Translations under genes and position numbers: made by a program
Virus record (IMG/VR): IMGVR_UViG_3300035188_001352
Span: 1-64,000 of that record
Length of the DNA stretch: 64,000 nt
Strand: one strand, 5' to 3'
Source of the DNA: an uncultured virus (IMG/VR IMGVR_UViG_3300035188_001352)
Lineage: Duplodnaviria; Heunggongvirae; Uroviricota; Caudoviricetes
Shown: piece by piece, positions 20,256-29,281 of the stretch
Layout of the letters: each line of letters starts with the position of its first letter
How positions within the stretch are numbered: the stretch's first letter is position 1
The notes under the pieces: model-generated
Database searches by the model: none
Told to the model about the DNA's origin: nothing
The model's input: only the letters and a program-made list of their open reading frames with translations

Positions 20256-21001
20256 AACTCTGCGTATTCATCCAAGTCATTTTCAATTAGTTCGCGTTGG
20301 CACGCAATGGCGTTTCGAGATTTAGCATACTTGCTTAGTATTTTGCATACTAAATCAAATTCTTTAGCTTTAGAACCATCTGGGTCTGACTTCCATTGGT
20401 CAAAACTGGTTCTTTGTTCTATTGAAACCCAATGTCCTTTGATTTTGAATATTGATAAGACAGGTTTTTTATAGGCAGCATCAAATCCAAGATAGATAGT
20501 ATGAATTACTTCAACGTGATATTGAACCTCTTTGAGAGGAACATCACCAATGTCATATAGAACTAAGTCAAGACATTTTGTTTTTGCATCTCCAAATGTT
20601 TTGAGATTAGGACATTGAATGCTGAGCTTCCAATGTACTTGAGTATAAAGATAATCTAAGGTGGTTAAGTTCTTTGAGTCAATAACCATTTCATGTCTTA
20701 TTGTATCAGGACAACCTTGAAGAGTAGTAAGACCATTTTCAACACCGGAAATAGTTTCAAAGTAACTCATAATTGAAAACTTGACAGGTAGTACGTATTG
20801 CTTACCATTATCTAACTTTAGACACGAAATAAAATATCCATGAGGCGCAGAAGTTGAATAAGTACCATTCTTATTCCTCTTTACACTTCCTCTAAAGTAA
20901 TCACTTACATTGACATTAACATATGCTGGATTAGACGGGTCTTGCCATGGAGCAAGGTTTTTGGCAGATGCTTCTGCTAGATATGTTTTAAAACTCTGCA
21001 T
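20252..21001 (-). CDS. Array family member 15 (MQSFKTYLAE)
   Basis: Ends IACQRELIENDLDEYAEF. Confidence 0.9.
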   Translation of the reverse strand: MQSFKTYLAEASAKNLAPWQDPSNPAYVNVNVSDYFRGSVKRNKNGTYSTSAPHGYFISCLKLDNGKQYVLPVKFSIMSYFETISGVENGLTTLQGCPDTIRHEMVIDSKNLTTLDYLYTQVHWKLSIQCPNLKTFGDAKTKCLDLVLYDIGDVPLKEVQYHVEVIHTIYLGFDAAYKKPVLSIFKIKGHWVSIEQRTSFDQWKSDPDGSKAKEFDLVCKILSKYAKSRNAIACQRELIENDLDEYAEF

Positions 21002-21647
21002 ATTCGTCTAAATCCTTTTCGATAAGTTCACGTTGAAAACCAATGACATCCTGTGTAGGACGATGCTTTATCAGCATTTCGTCAATCTTATGATGTAAAT
21101 CTCCAGACGATCTTGAATAGAGATACATATCAACGCTCATAGGTATTTTGCATAATGACAAGATATGACCTTTCAGCTTTTGAATATCGTTAATGAATAG
21201 TTCTTGAACTTCTGGTCCTATGAGCTTGTCTAACCCGGTAAGACCAATGGAATTTTCTTGACAATTGATAGTTACTCTTTCAGTAATAACTTTGAATGAT
21301 GGAACACCATCGAAAACTAATTCTGATTGACCATGAGCAATAGGATCTTCATCTTTATTATTAAAATCATTAACTGTTTCTTCAACTGTTTGAATAATGT
21401 CATCATGTATATCCGGTAGTTCATGAATATAAGATGCCACAATCTTTGGTATTTTAGTCAAAATAGCTTCTTTATCAATATGAACTTCAGCTTGAGGATA
21501 GACAAACTTGATGTTTTTGACTATCCTTTGTCTAAGATTTTCTGATGGAAGATTTTCAAGAGAAAGGTCTACAACATATGTTCCACTACTAACTCTGCCT
21601 TGTGTCGTCATCGGTAATTCATTCTCAAATAGTTCTTTTATTTTCAT
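20988..21647 (-). CDS. Array family member 16 (MKIKELFE)
   Basis: Ends IGFQRELIEKDLDEYAEF; start reassigned to TAATG overlap at 21647. Confidence 0.9.
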   Translation of the reverse strand: MKIKELFENELPMTTQGRVSSGTYVVDLSLENLPSENLRQRIVKNIKFVYPQAEVHIDKEAILTKIPKIVASYIHELPDIHDDIIQTVEETVNDFNNKDEDPIAHGQSELVFDGVPSFKVITERVTINCQENSIGLTGLDKLIGPEVQELFINDIQKLKGHILSLCKIPMSVDMYLYSRSSGDLHHKIDEMLIKHRPTQDVIGFQRELIEKDLDEYAEF

Positions 21648-22384
21648 TAAAACTCCGCATATTCGTCTAGGTCTTTTTCGATAAGTTCTCGCTGACATTG
21701 TATAATACTAGAACTATTATACTTATTTAGTATTTTTAACACTTCTACTACTTCAGTTAGAGACGTTCCATTAATTGTCATAATTGAACCCCATGTCAAT
21801 TTAGCATTACATTTCAACAATGATAACAGCGGTTTTTGTTTGATTAGGTGTAGAGCGGTGTTATAGAAACGAATTTGTGGAACTGCAAAATGTTTGTGTA
21901 AATCTCTAAGCGGTGCTTTCCCAATACTTCCAATTTTTAGTTCTTGTGCAATCGAAACTTTTCCACAATCAAAACTTTTCAAGTTAGGAGTATAGAGATA
22001 TAACGAATCTTTGATAACTGGAGTACAATGTTCTAATGTTTCTAATGACGGAACACTTATATTCAATTGGTCGCATGCATCAGGAATTCCCCAAAGTGAT
22101 TTGAAATTTGAACCATCTGCAACATTTATTTCAAACTTCTTAGCAGTTCTGTACTTTACCATGAGTGCAGTTTCACCATGACCGTATCCGCCAATGTCGC
22201 CATATACCCCATTAGGCGAATAGTCCGACTTAGTGACAGATACAGTTCCGTCTTTATTCACTTTCCATCCAGACATATTAGCATAATTTTTCATATAGTA
22301 CTGAACTTTCTCAGGGTCAGTAATATGCCAAGGGGCAAAATTGGTTGCTAACTTTTCAGCAAGATAAGATTTAAAATTCTGCAT
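21647..22384 (-). CDS. Array family member 17 (MQNFKSYLAE)
   Basis: Ends IQCQRELIEKDLDEYAEF. Confidence 0.9.
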   Translation of the reverse strand: MQNFKSYLAEKLATNFAPWHITDPEKVQYYMKNYANMSGWKVNKDGTVSVTKSDYSPNGVYGDIGGYGHGETALMVKYRTAKKFEINVADGSNFKSLWGIPDACDQLNISVPSLETLEHCTPVIKDSLYLYTPNLKSFDCGKVSIAQELKIGSIGKAPLRDLHKHFAVPQIRFYNTALHLIKQKPLLSLLKCNAKLTWGSIMTINGTSLTEVVEVLKILNKYNSSSIIQCQRELIEKDLDEYAEF

Positions 22385-23015
22385 ATTCGTCTAAGTCACG
22401 TTCAATTAGTTCTCGTTGAAAGCCAATAGTATCTTTACTCCCATTATAGTATTTATGTAAAATGTCATTAACAATTTTAAGGTCGCTAAGTAATTCATCT
22501 GGACCATTTATCATGATGCTATCAAAACCTTTTACTTTTAGAAGCGATAGTATTCCAATTGATTTAGCCGGTGCTTCAAAACGAATGTCCAATTGAAATG
22601 CACTTGAACCTTCTATTAGTTTTTCGATACCTTTAACAGACTCTTGGTTAGTATAGATAGTAGTCAAATGATTTTGAATGACCATCTTGAAAGCAGGTGG
22701 CCAATGACATTCAATATGACTGTAAGCGTCAACAGGTTCAAAGTGGTCAGTAACTATGTCATGTATATCACCTAAGAAATCAACAGTTTCAAAAAGATGT
22801 TGCGGAACATCGTGTATTTTGACAATTATTGAATCAAAAATAGAAGTGAACTCTATTGTATTAGAAAGGTTGTATTCTTCCTTGATAAATTTTGTAATTA
22901 GGAATACTAGAGTTTTACGTTTGCCGACAGAAATAGGACCAGCAAAGTCAATTTGTACATTGACAATTGGTAAGTGTCCAGCACTTTCTAATAAGTATTC
23001 TTTAAAACTCTGCAT
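22371..23015 (-). CDS. Array family member 18 (MQSFKEYLLE)
   Basis: Ends IGFQRELIERDLDEYAEF. Confidence 0.9.
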   Translation of the reverse strand: MQSFKEYLLESAGHLPIVNVQIDFAGPISVGKRKTLVFLITKFIKEEYNLSNTIEFTSIFDSIIVKIHDVPQHLFETVDFLGDIHDIVTDHFEPVDAYSHIECHWPPAFKMVIQNHLTTIYTNQESVKGIEKLIEGSSAFQLDIRFEAPAKSIGILSLLKVKGFDSIMINGPDELLSDLKIVNDILHKYYNGSKDTIGFQRELIERDLDEYAEF

Positions 23016-23796
23016 ATTCGTCCAAGTCGTTTTCTATTAGTTTACGTTGGCATCCAATAATATCAGGGTTGTTTGACGCTAAGTATGTATTGACTATTCT
23101 AGTTGCTTCAACTAATTCTTCGTTTACTTTAGTTTTATCAGAAAAGTAAAGTTGAATACCAAACATATTTCGTGTAGGCTTTTTAATTTTGAATATACTA
23201 AGTAATCCTTTTCCAACTAAAGTTTTTGCTGCGGCATTAGACAATGTTATGTTATTTACTATTTTGAAATGTTGTCCGATAGTTCTAAACAATTCATAGT
23301 CAAATTCGTAGTCAAGCACTAATCTATGACATGTAATTTGACATCCTTGACCCCATTCTTTCAACTTTAGACAATCGGTCAATATCAATGCCTCTTTAAC
23401 TTCACATGCAAATCCTTTGAATGAAGTAATTTGTGAAAGTTGTATGTTTAAACTCATTCCGACTTTATTAGGTCCATATTCTAATGTAGTCAATTTCCTA
23501 GTATTGAAATCTTTTATACTAACTCTACCTGGGCAATTGATATTGTTATACTTTACAAGTAGTCCAACTTCACCATTATCAACAGGTCCGATTTCACGAA
23601 TAGCGAAGAATTGCTCTCCTCGAACAGAAATACTTCCATTCTTTAGGAATACGAATGTAGTTGGCAAATATTTATTTCCATAATGTTCAAGATAAAACTC
23701 ATGAAGTACTTCCTTAGTTGCTTCTGGAGTTGTTGGGTGCCAAGGTGCCAAGTTCGTTTGCTTAGCTTCAGCAATAAAGTTCTTAAAATTCTGCAT
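23002..23796 (-). CDS. Array family member 19 (MQNFKNFIAE)
   Basis: Ends IGCQRKLIENDLDEYAEF; start at 14-bp overlap. Confidence 0.9.
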   Translation of the reverse strand: MQNFKNFIAEAKQTNLAPWHPTTPEATKEVLHEFYLEHYGNKYLPTTFVFLKNGSISVRGEQFFAIREIGPVDNGEVGLLVKYNNINCPGRVSIKDFNTRKLTTLEYGPNKVGMSLNIQLSQITSFKGFACEVKEALILTDCLKLKEWGQGCQITCHRLVLDYEFDYELFRTIGQHFKIVNNITLSNAAAKTLVGKGLLSIFKIKKPTRNMFGIQLYFSDKTKVNEELVEATRIVNTYLASNNPDIIGCQRKLIENDLDEYAEF

Positions 23797-24451
23797 ATTC
23801 GTCCAGGTCGTTTTCAATTAGTTCGCGTTGGGCAGCAATAGTGTCATGGGATTTTGCATATTTATTTAGTATTTCAATCCAGTGTTCATTTTTTCCTAAT
23901 ACTGAATGTAATGATTTTATCTTCAACATACTCAACACGTTAGTGACTTCTCCTACTATATGTTCAAACCTGAACACTTGAGTATCAGGGAAATGTTTGT
24001 CAAAGTTGCTAAGTGAGATACTTTTATTACGTTTCAAATCAAATACTATGACTGGATAATGTATGATAGTATTAGGATTGACCGGACCAAAGAACCATAC
24101 ACTTGGATTGACTTCATCTAGTGTCAATCCACCGCTTAGCTCACGATTAGAAAAATTCGCTGCTTCAGTCGCTATTTCTTCTAACTCATCTTGTACATAA
24201 TGTCGATTGCTTAGTTTAATTTCAACTTGTAGATTGTCATCTCTATTGAAACCCCAATCAATATCTTTCATACCTAAATGACTTTTAAGATCGTTGACAA
24301 ACTTTTCAACTTCATTATCAAAAGCATCGCGATTTCTATGATTTCCCATAGCTTCGCCAAAAGTTTCTTTGTTCTCTAGTTCTAAGACAAGCCATGGGAA
24401 AACAAATGGAGATTCATTTTCTTTTAGTAAGTATTGTTTAAAGCTCTGCAT
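23783..24451 (-). CDS. Array family member 20 (MQSFKQYLLKE)
   Basis: Ends IAAQRELIENDLDEYAEF. Confidence 0.9.
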   Translation of the reverse strand: MQSFKQYLLKENESPFVFPWLVLELENKETFGEAMGNHRNRDAFDNEVEKFVNDLKSHLGMKDIDWGFNRDDNLQVEIKLSNRHYVQDELEEIATEAANFSNRELSGGLTLDEVNPSVWFFGPVNPNTIIHYPVIVFDLKRNKSISLSNFDKHFPDTQVFRFEHIVGEVTNVLSMLKIKSLHSVLGKNEHWIEILNKYAKSHDTIAAQRELIENDLDEYAEF

Positions 24452-25100
24452 ACTCGTCTAAATCCTTTATAATAAGTTCGCGTTGGCATTCAATAATATC
24501 GTTATTATTTTCAAAATGTCTATGAACAATCTTAAACCATTCTGGTTCATTACTCATTGCCCATTCAAGATTTTGAAGATTTGTCATTTTCAACAATCCT
24601 AATACTTGCCCAGTGACTTTAACCGCGGCACTTACGTATAAAGCCAAATCTTTAGGATTTATAGCTTTATGAATATCATGTAAAGATACTTCAGCACCAC
24701 CATTTACTGTAAAGTTAAGAGCCACCTTAGGATGCTCAATTTTAAATGGGGGTATGATATTAAAGATACTTACAAACTGTTCTTTTAACTTCAAGGGTTT
24801 AGTAATAATATCTTTGTAATAGTTATTTAGCAGACCAAGCAGTTTTTTGTCAAAAGCACTAATACCTTCTGTACTACCTTCAGTTGCATTTGTGATTGGT
24901 ACTTTAAAAGCAAATTCTTTATCTCGGTATTCTATAGAAACTATTCTATTCTCAAATTGATTATGTAACAGATTGCCGATTGCATTTTCTATTGTTTCTG
25001 AAGTCGAGGGTAATGAAGAATTTGGTAGGTTACCGGGAACCTTACAATAAACATAATAGGTAATTCTTTGTGCGCCATTTGACATGTTATAACTCCGCAT
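24438..25100 (-). CDS. Array family member 21 (lacks typical N-terminal tag; start 25100 or 25085)
   Basis: Ends IECQRELIIKDLDEYAEL. Confidence 0.85.
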   Translation of the reverse strand: MRSYNMSNGAQRITYYVYCKVPGNLPNSSLPSTSETIENAIGNLLHNQFENRIVSIEYRDKEFAFKVPITNATEGSTEGISAFDKKLLGLLNNYYKDIITKPLKLKEQFVSIFNIIPPFKIEHPKVALNFTVNGGAEVSLHDIHKAINPKDLALYVSAAVKVTGQVLGLLKMTNLQNLEWAMSNEPEWFKIVHRHFENNNDIIECQRELIIKDLDEYAEL

Positions 25101-25791
25101 ACTCGTCTAAATCTTTTTCAATTAGTTCACGTTGACACGCGATGAAGTTTTTATCGGCGTCGAAATGTTTCATTACAATTTCATACCAAGGAGGTATCTT
25201 TTGAGAACGTGGCCAAATTGTAATATGCTTCAATTCTTTTAACTTTAATAATCCTAATACATTAGAATTTATTTTATTAATCGCATTATAGAAAATAATT
25301 TTTTTGCAATGAGGCATTTTCTTATGAATATCTTTTAGAGATATTGAAGGAGAATGATCTAAGTAAAATTCGATATATGGCCAATCAGTATAAACATTTG
25401 GACCAAGTTGTTCTCTAAAAGATATGTATGTATTGTCTTCATCACGGTGAAATATATCGGTTCCTAAAAGCTCATCAACTATTTCAGTGCATTTTTTACG
25501 TATTTCTCTAACATGATTAGCATGTAAGTTAGTCTCATCTAGTTCATATGTAATAAGCATTTCATCAGCTCCGAAAAAAGCTTCAACTTCATTATGTCCA
25601 AAGTAATCTTGAAGATGAGATGTTATCCATTTTTCGAAAGTAATATGTGGATTATCGTCACCATCACCGTCAGTAATCCATTGCTCAACCTCAGACGTAA
25701 AGATACCAGTGCTAATATCAATGTACGCGTTAGTGGGAAGTTCATGATTAATAATTTCTTCTTTCAATAAGAATTCTTTAAAACTCTGCAT
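25087..25791 (-). CDS. Array family member 22 (MQSFKEFLLKE)
   Basis: Ends IACQRELIEKDLDEYAEL. Confidence 0.9.
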   Translation of the reverse strand: MQSFKEFLLKEEIINHELPTNAYIDISTGIFTSEVEQWITDGDGDDNPHITFEKWITSHLQDYFGHNEVEAFFGADEMLITYELDETNLHANHVREIRKKCTEIVDELLGTDIFHRDEDNTYISFREQLGPNVYTDWPYIEFYLDHSPSISLKDIHKKMPHCKKIIFYNAINKINSNVLGLLKLKELKHITIWPRSQKIPPWYEIVMKHFDADKNFIACQRELIEKDLDEYAEL

Positions 25792-26455
25792 ATTCGTCTA
25801 AATCCTTTTCGATAAGTTCACGTTGACAAGCTACAATATCTTTTGACTCTGACCTTAAGTATTTGCTAATAATTACTTGAACATCTCGGTGTTCGCTTGA
25901 ACATTGGCCAAAAAACAAAGCTTGAAGTTTTGGAATCTTTAATGCCCATAAGACACCACCTTTCCATTGATTAGAAATTGTTAAAGTGCCATCTATGTAT
26001 TCAAAATGTTTGTGAGCATTAGACCAATCAAGATTATGACACAAGCCTAATCCAAGGTTTCCATCAATTCGTTTTGAAATGCCATCTAACTTTGTTAGAA
26101 GTGGATGCGCACAGGTAGTCACGATAGCAGTTCTTCCATACATCTTATCGCCGGTGAATGATACATCTGGTGGAAATCCTTCAAATGATGATAATCTATT
26201 GGCACCCAATTCAATCTGACCACACTTTATCATTTTGAAAGTTAGCTTACCGGCATCAGGTCCATCTTTAGGAATAAGAGTATTCTTTAAGTTCCAACGT
26301 CCATCAATTGATACCATACTATTAACAACGCTAAATTTCCCAAAGCTGACTGGCATCGGATGTGATGCATACTTACCTTTACGAATCGCATTTATTTCGA
26401 GTCGTACAGCTTTATCTTCGGCAGTTTCTTCAGTTAGTAGTTCAGAGATTTTCAT
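25778..26455 (-). CDS. Array family member 23 (MKISELLTE)
   Basis: Ends VACQRELIEKDLDEYAEF. Confidence 0.9.
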   Translation of the reverse strand: MKISELLTEETAEDKAVRLEINAIRKGKYASHPMPVSFGKFSVVNSMVSIDGRWNLKNTLIPKDGPDAGKLTFKMIKCGQIELGANRLSSFEGFPPDVSFTGDKMYGRTAIVTTCAHPLLTKLDGISKRIDGNLGLGLCHNLDWSNAHKHFEYIDGTLTISNQWKGGVLWALKIPKLQALFFGQCSSEHRDVQVIISKYLRSESKDIVACQRELIEKDLDEYAEF

Positions 26456-27120
26456 AGTTCTGCGTATTCGTCCAGGTCGTTTTCAATAAGTTCTCGTTGG
26501 CATTCAATAAAATTTCCAAGTGGTAAATATTTGTTGATAATATTACAAGCATTTCTTAAATTCACTTTAATTTTTACTTCATCTTGAGATTTACCAGAAT
26601 GGTGGTCAATAAATCCTACATGCTTCAAGTCTCTAATTTTTAGTAATGATAATAAGGGCCCTTCATATAAAGCACTAGTTATTAACCATCCATCAAGTCT
26701 TTTGACATACTTATTGAAATTTGTAAAATCAAAGTTTCTAATTCTTGATGTATCAAGTCTATTACTAATATCTGATGGAAATCCATCAAGAGATTGTATT
26801 TGGTTACCTGTAGAAAATTCAATACCACCTTCGCCAACTATTTCAGGAAAGTTCTTGAACGTCTTAGGAACATTCCATATTACTAATCGAAGAGCTTCTG
26901 CAATTGGAAATAGTAATTCATCATTGTCATCAAACATGCAATGCTCAATAATTAAAGGTTTCTTCAAATAGATTTTTCCATTCTTAACTGCATGTCGTGG
27001 AAATTTATTCGGAAACCTACATCTGCCAAGTTCTCCACTCTTATACTTTCCAATCATTTCACGGATTTGTTTATCATCCGGATTAGAAGCTTCAGATAAG
27101 TATTGCTTAAAGCTCTGCAT
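26452..27120 (-). CDS. Array family member 24 (MQSFKQYLSE)
   Basis: Ends IECQRELIENDLDEYAEL; start at 14-bp overlap. Confidence 0.9.
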   Translation of the reverse strand: MQSFKQYLSEASNPDDKQIREMIGKYKSGELGRCRFPNKFPRHAVKNGKIYLKKPLIIEHCMFDDNDELLFPIAEALRLVIWNVPKTFKNFPEIVGEGGIEFSTGNQIQSLDGFPSDISNRLDTSRIRNFDFTNFNKYVKRLDGWLITSALYEGPLLSLLKIRDLKHVGFIDHHSGKSQDEVKIKVNLRNACNIINKYLPLGNFIECQRELIENDLDEYAEL

Positions 27121-27793
27121 AATCGTCCAAGTCAAGTTCAATTAGTTTTCGTTGGCAAGCTATAAAGTCTTTTCCTGTATCGAAATATTCCTTTACAATG
27201 TTAAACCATTGAACTTTAGCTGAAGCATATAATGTTATAGCATTCTTTATCTTTAGTAATCCTAATACATTTTGTGTTATATTAGAAGAGTCACCCATAG
27301 AAATCTGTTTAGCAGATAATATGACTTTATGTATATCTTGTAAGGATTTGACACTTTCTTCAATGATAACGTGATTGACTTCAACTGTAGTCGTTTTATC
27401 AAAGTTATCTTCTAAGATAACTACTGGCATTTCAGAAGATACTGGTTCAAAGTCATTCTTATAAATTTCATACTTATCTGCTAACTTGATAAACTTTGTT
27501 GCTATAGTATCAAGTTGCGGTTTAGTATAATGAGTATGGGGTTCAAGAACTAAATGAAACGTTACTCTATCAACTCCAAAATGATAGACTTCTTTTACTT
27601 TAGGAAGATTTGCTTTTTCACAGAGTTCAGATAATTCACGAATAATTATATTGTTTCGCTGAAAAAGCTGTTCTCTATTATACTTTGGAGAAATGTAATC
27701 ATCTCCACGTACTTTTATTTGAAGAAGCAATGGGCGAATTGGTTCTACCCAATGATCATTGCCTTCTGCTAAGTATTCTTTAAAACTCCGCAT
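27107..27793 (-). CDS. Array family member 25 (MRSFKEYLAE)
   Basis: Ends IACQRKLIELDLDDYAEL. Confidence 0.9.
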   Translation of the reverse strand: MRSFKEYLAEGNDHWVEPIRPLLLQIKVRGDDYISPKYNREQLFQRNNIIIRELSELCEKANLPKVKEVYHFGVDRVTFHLVLEPHTHYTKPQLDTIATKFIKLADKYEIYKNDFEPVSSEMPVVILEDNFDKTTTVEVNHVIIEESVKSLQDIHKVILSAKQISMGDSSNITQNVLGLLKIKNAITLYASAKVQWFNIVKEYFDTGKDFIACQRKLIELDLDDYAEL

Positions 27794-28451
27794 ATTCGTC
27801 TAAGTCTTTTTCAATGAGTTCTCGTTGGCAAGCAATAGCATTTCTATTGCCTTGCAAATAAGGATTGACAATTGAATACCATCGTGGGCTATTACTTCCA
27901 AAAGGACCTGCGCCAATAATATTGACTGGCATTTTTAGTTTGAGCAAACTAAGTATTCCCCCTTTTATCATATTTGCTTTATAAAGTCTGAACTCATCAC
28001 ACTTTAGAATAACTTTATCTAAGTTAGAAATCGATTGACCTTCTTCACACCAATATGAAATGTTACCATCATTTATACTTAGCTTAAAATTTGGAAATCC
28101 AAAACAAGATAACTCAGCTGTAGAAAATTTTACTTGTAATTCAGGTGAAATCTTAGTCGTAAAAAACTCATTCACAGTTGAACTAATAGTATCACGTAAC
28201 TTTTGAATAGTTTCTGCTTGACACTGGATTTGTTTTGTTATCTTAAACTTCAAATCAATTCCATAAGTAGTACTGAGATAACTTGAAATATCATAACCTT
28301 TCTTTTTTGCTACTTTTATTATCAAATTTTTAAGCTCAGATTCTAAAGAATATGGAGAATATTCAATTTTGACTTTAGTTTCAACAAACATCCCAAGTTG
28401 AATATTTGAATCAGTTTCTACTTCTTGTAAGTATTCTTTAAAACTCTGCAT
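27780..28451 (-). CDS. Array family member 26 (MQSFKEYLQE)
   Basis: Ends IACQRELIEKDLDEYAEF; start at 14-bp overlap. Confidence 0.9.
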   Translation of the reverse strand: MQSFKEYLQEVETDSNIQLGMFVETKVKIEYSPYSLESELKNLIIKVAKKKGYDISSYLSTTYGIDLKFKITKQIQCQAETIQKLRDTISSTVNEFFTTKISPELQVKFSTAELSCFGFPNFKLSINDGNISYWCEEGQSISNLDKVILKCDEFRLYKANMIKGGILSLLKLKMPVNIIGAGPFGSNSPRWYSIVNPYLQGNRNAIACQRELIEKDLDEYAEF

Positions 28452-29076
28452 ATTCGTCCAAGTCGCTTTCAATAAGTTTACGTTGACAAGCAATAGCATC
28501 ATGTCGATTTGCTTCACAATATTTAGTTACAATTTTGCATGCTTCCTTTAGTTCGTCAGAAGCAGTTGATAATGGCGAAACCTTCATTAGGTTTTGTATC
28601 TTAACAAAGCTTAGTAACCCTTTAGTTTCTTCAGGTATTGAAATTGAATAGACTTTTTTGACCACTTTTTCAATACCTTTGAAATTGATAATACCTGTAT
28701 TATGCAGATAGATATCTTCAGCTTCTTCAGGTAAGTATTCAACTGAAGTAATGTTCTTACCCTTTACATTGAACTGTCCACCCACAAATTTTGGTACCCC
28801 TTTCAAGTCAATCATATCATTTGCTAATACATGAACATCTTTAGTACATTCTCTAAAGTTGATTGGCAATACACACTGCTTCCCTTTGTACCAGACCAAA
28901 TCACTTCCAGAAATTGATAAACTCCAATGACATGTGATACTCATATCTTTATGAATTTCATAATTCCCCTGACCAATGCCATGAGCTTTCATCCAAGCAT
29001 TGATTTGAGACTTCTTAGTATAGAAAGTCGATTCGCGTTCTTCTTTTAGTAAGTATTGTTTGAAAGTATTAGACAC
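28438..29076 (-). CDS. Array family member 27, LRR-like (MSNTFKQYLLKE)
   Basis: DLKGVP / SVEYLP / NFKGI repeats; ends IACQRKLIESDLDEYAEF. Confidence 0.9.
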   Translation of the reverse strand: MSNTFKQYLLKEERESTFYTKKSQINAWMKAHGIGQGNYEIHKDMSITCHWSLSISGSDLVWYKGKQCVLPINFRECTKDVHVLANDMIDLKGVPKFVGGQFNVKGKNITSVEYLPEEAEDIYLHNTGIINFKGIEKVVKKVYSISIPEETKGLLSFVKIQNLMKVSPLSTASDELKEACKIVTKYCEANRHDAIACQRKLIESDLDEYAEF

Positions 29077-29281
29077 CTGGCCCTTCCTCCATTACAGGAA
29101 TCAAAAAGCTTTCACCTGCTTTAGGAACTCGTAAGCCATTGACTTCATTGAACTTGTCCATTAGCTGCTTCAAGATTTCGCCATGAATGTACTTATTCTT
29201 ATAACGAATAGCTGCTTCAATGGTCATACCAGGCATGAACAGGAAGGGTTCGTAACCAGAAATTGTTATTTGGCATTCCAT
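29069..29281 (-). CDS. Small protein, possibly LysM-like
   Basis: G.TI.A.I...F.E.N....P.AG..F.IP pattern reminiscent of LysM; overlaps both neighbours. Confidence 0.4.
   Translation of the reverse strand: MECQITISGYEPFLFMPGMTIEAAIRYKNKYIHGEILKQLMDKFNEVNGLRVPKAGESFLIPVMEEGPGV

Noticed and set aside
7348..28517. Longer ORF-track starts (MNMQSF, MKTTWMI, MSARTYRK, MKTTWTN, MNLTWTI, MKQIDMM)
   Set aside because: These extensions are alternative-frame readings of the upstream gene's conserved tail; the tagged starts are consistent across the family
6647..29076. CRISPR array interpretation of the periodic ~60-bp repeat
   Set aside because: Repeats are coding, vary mainly at synonymous positions and are 600-900 bp apart; no cas genes in the window
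6647..29076. Diversity-generating retroelement or integron as the diversification mechanism
   Set aside because: No reverse transcriptase, no template/variable repeat pair with adenine-specific differences, no integrase and no palindromic attC-like sites seen; an enzyme outside the window cannot be excluded
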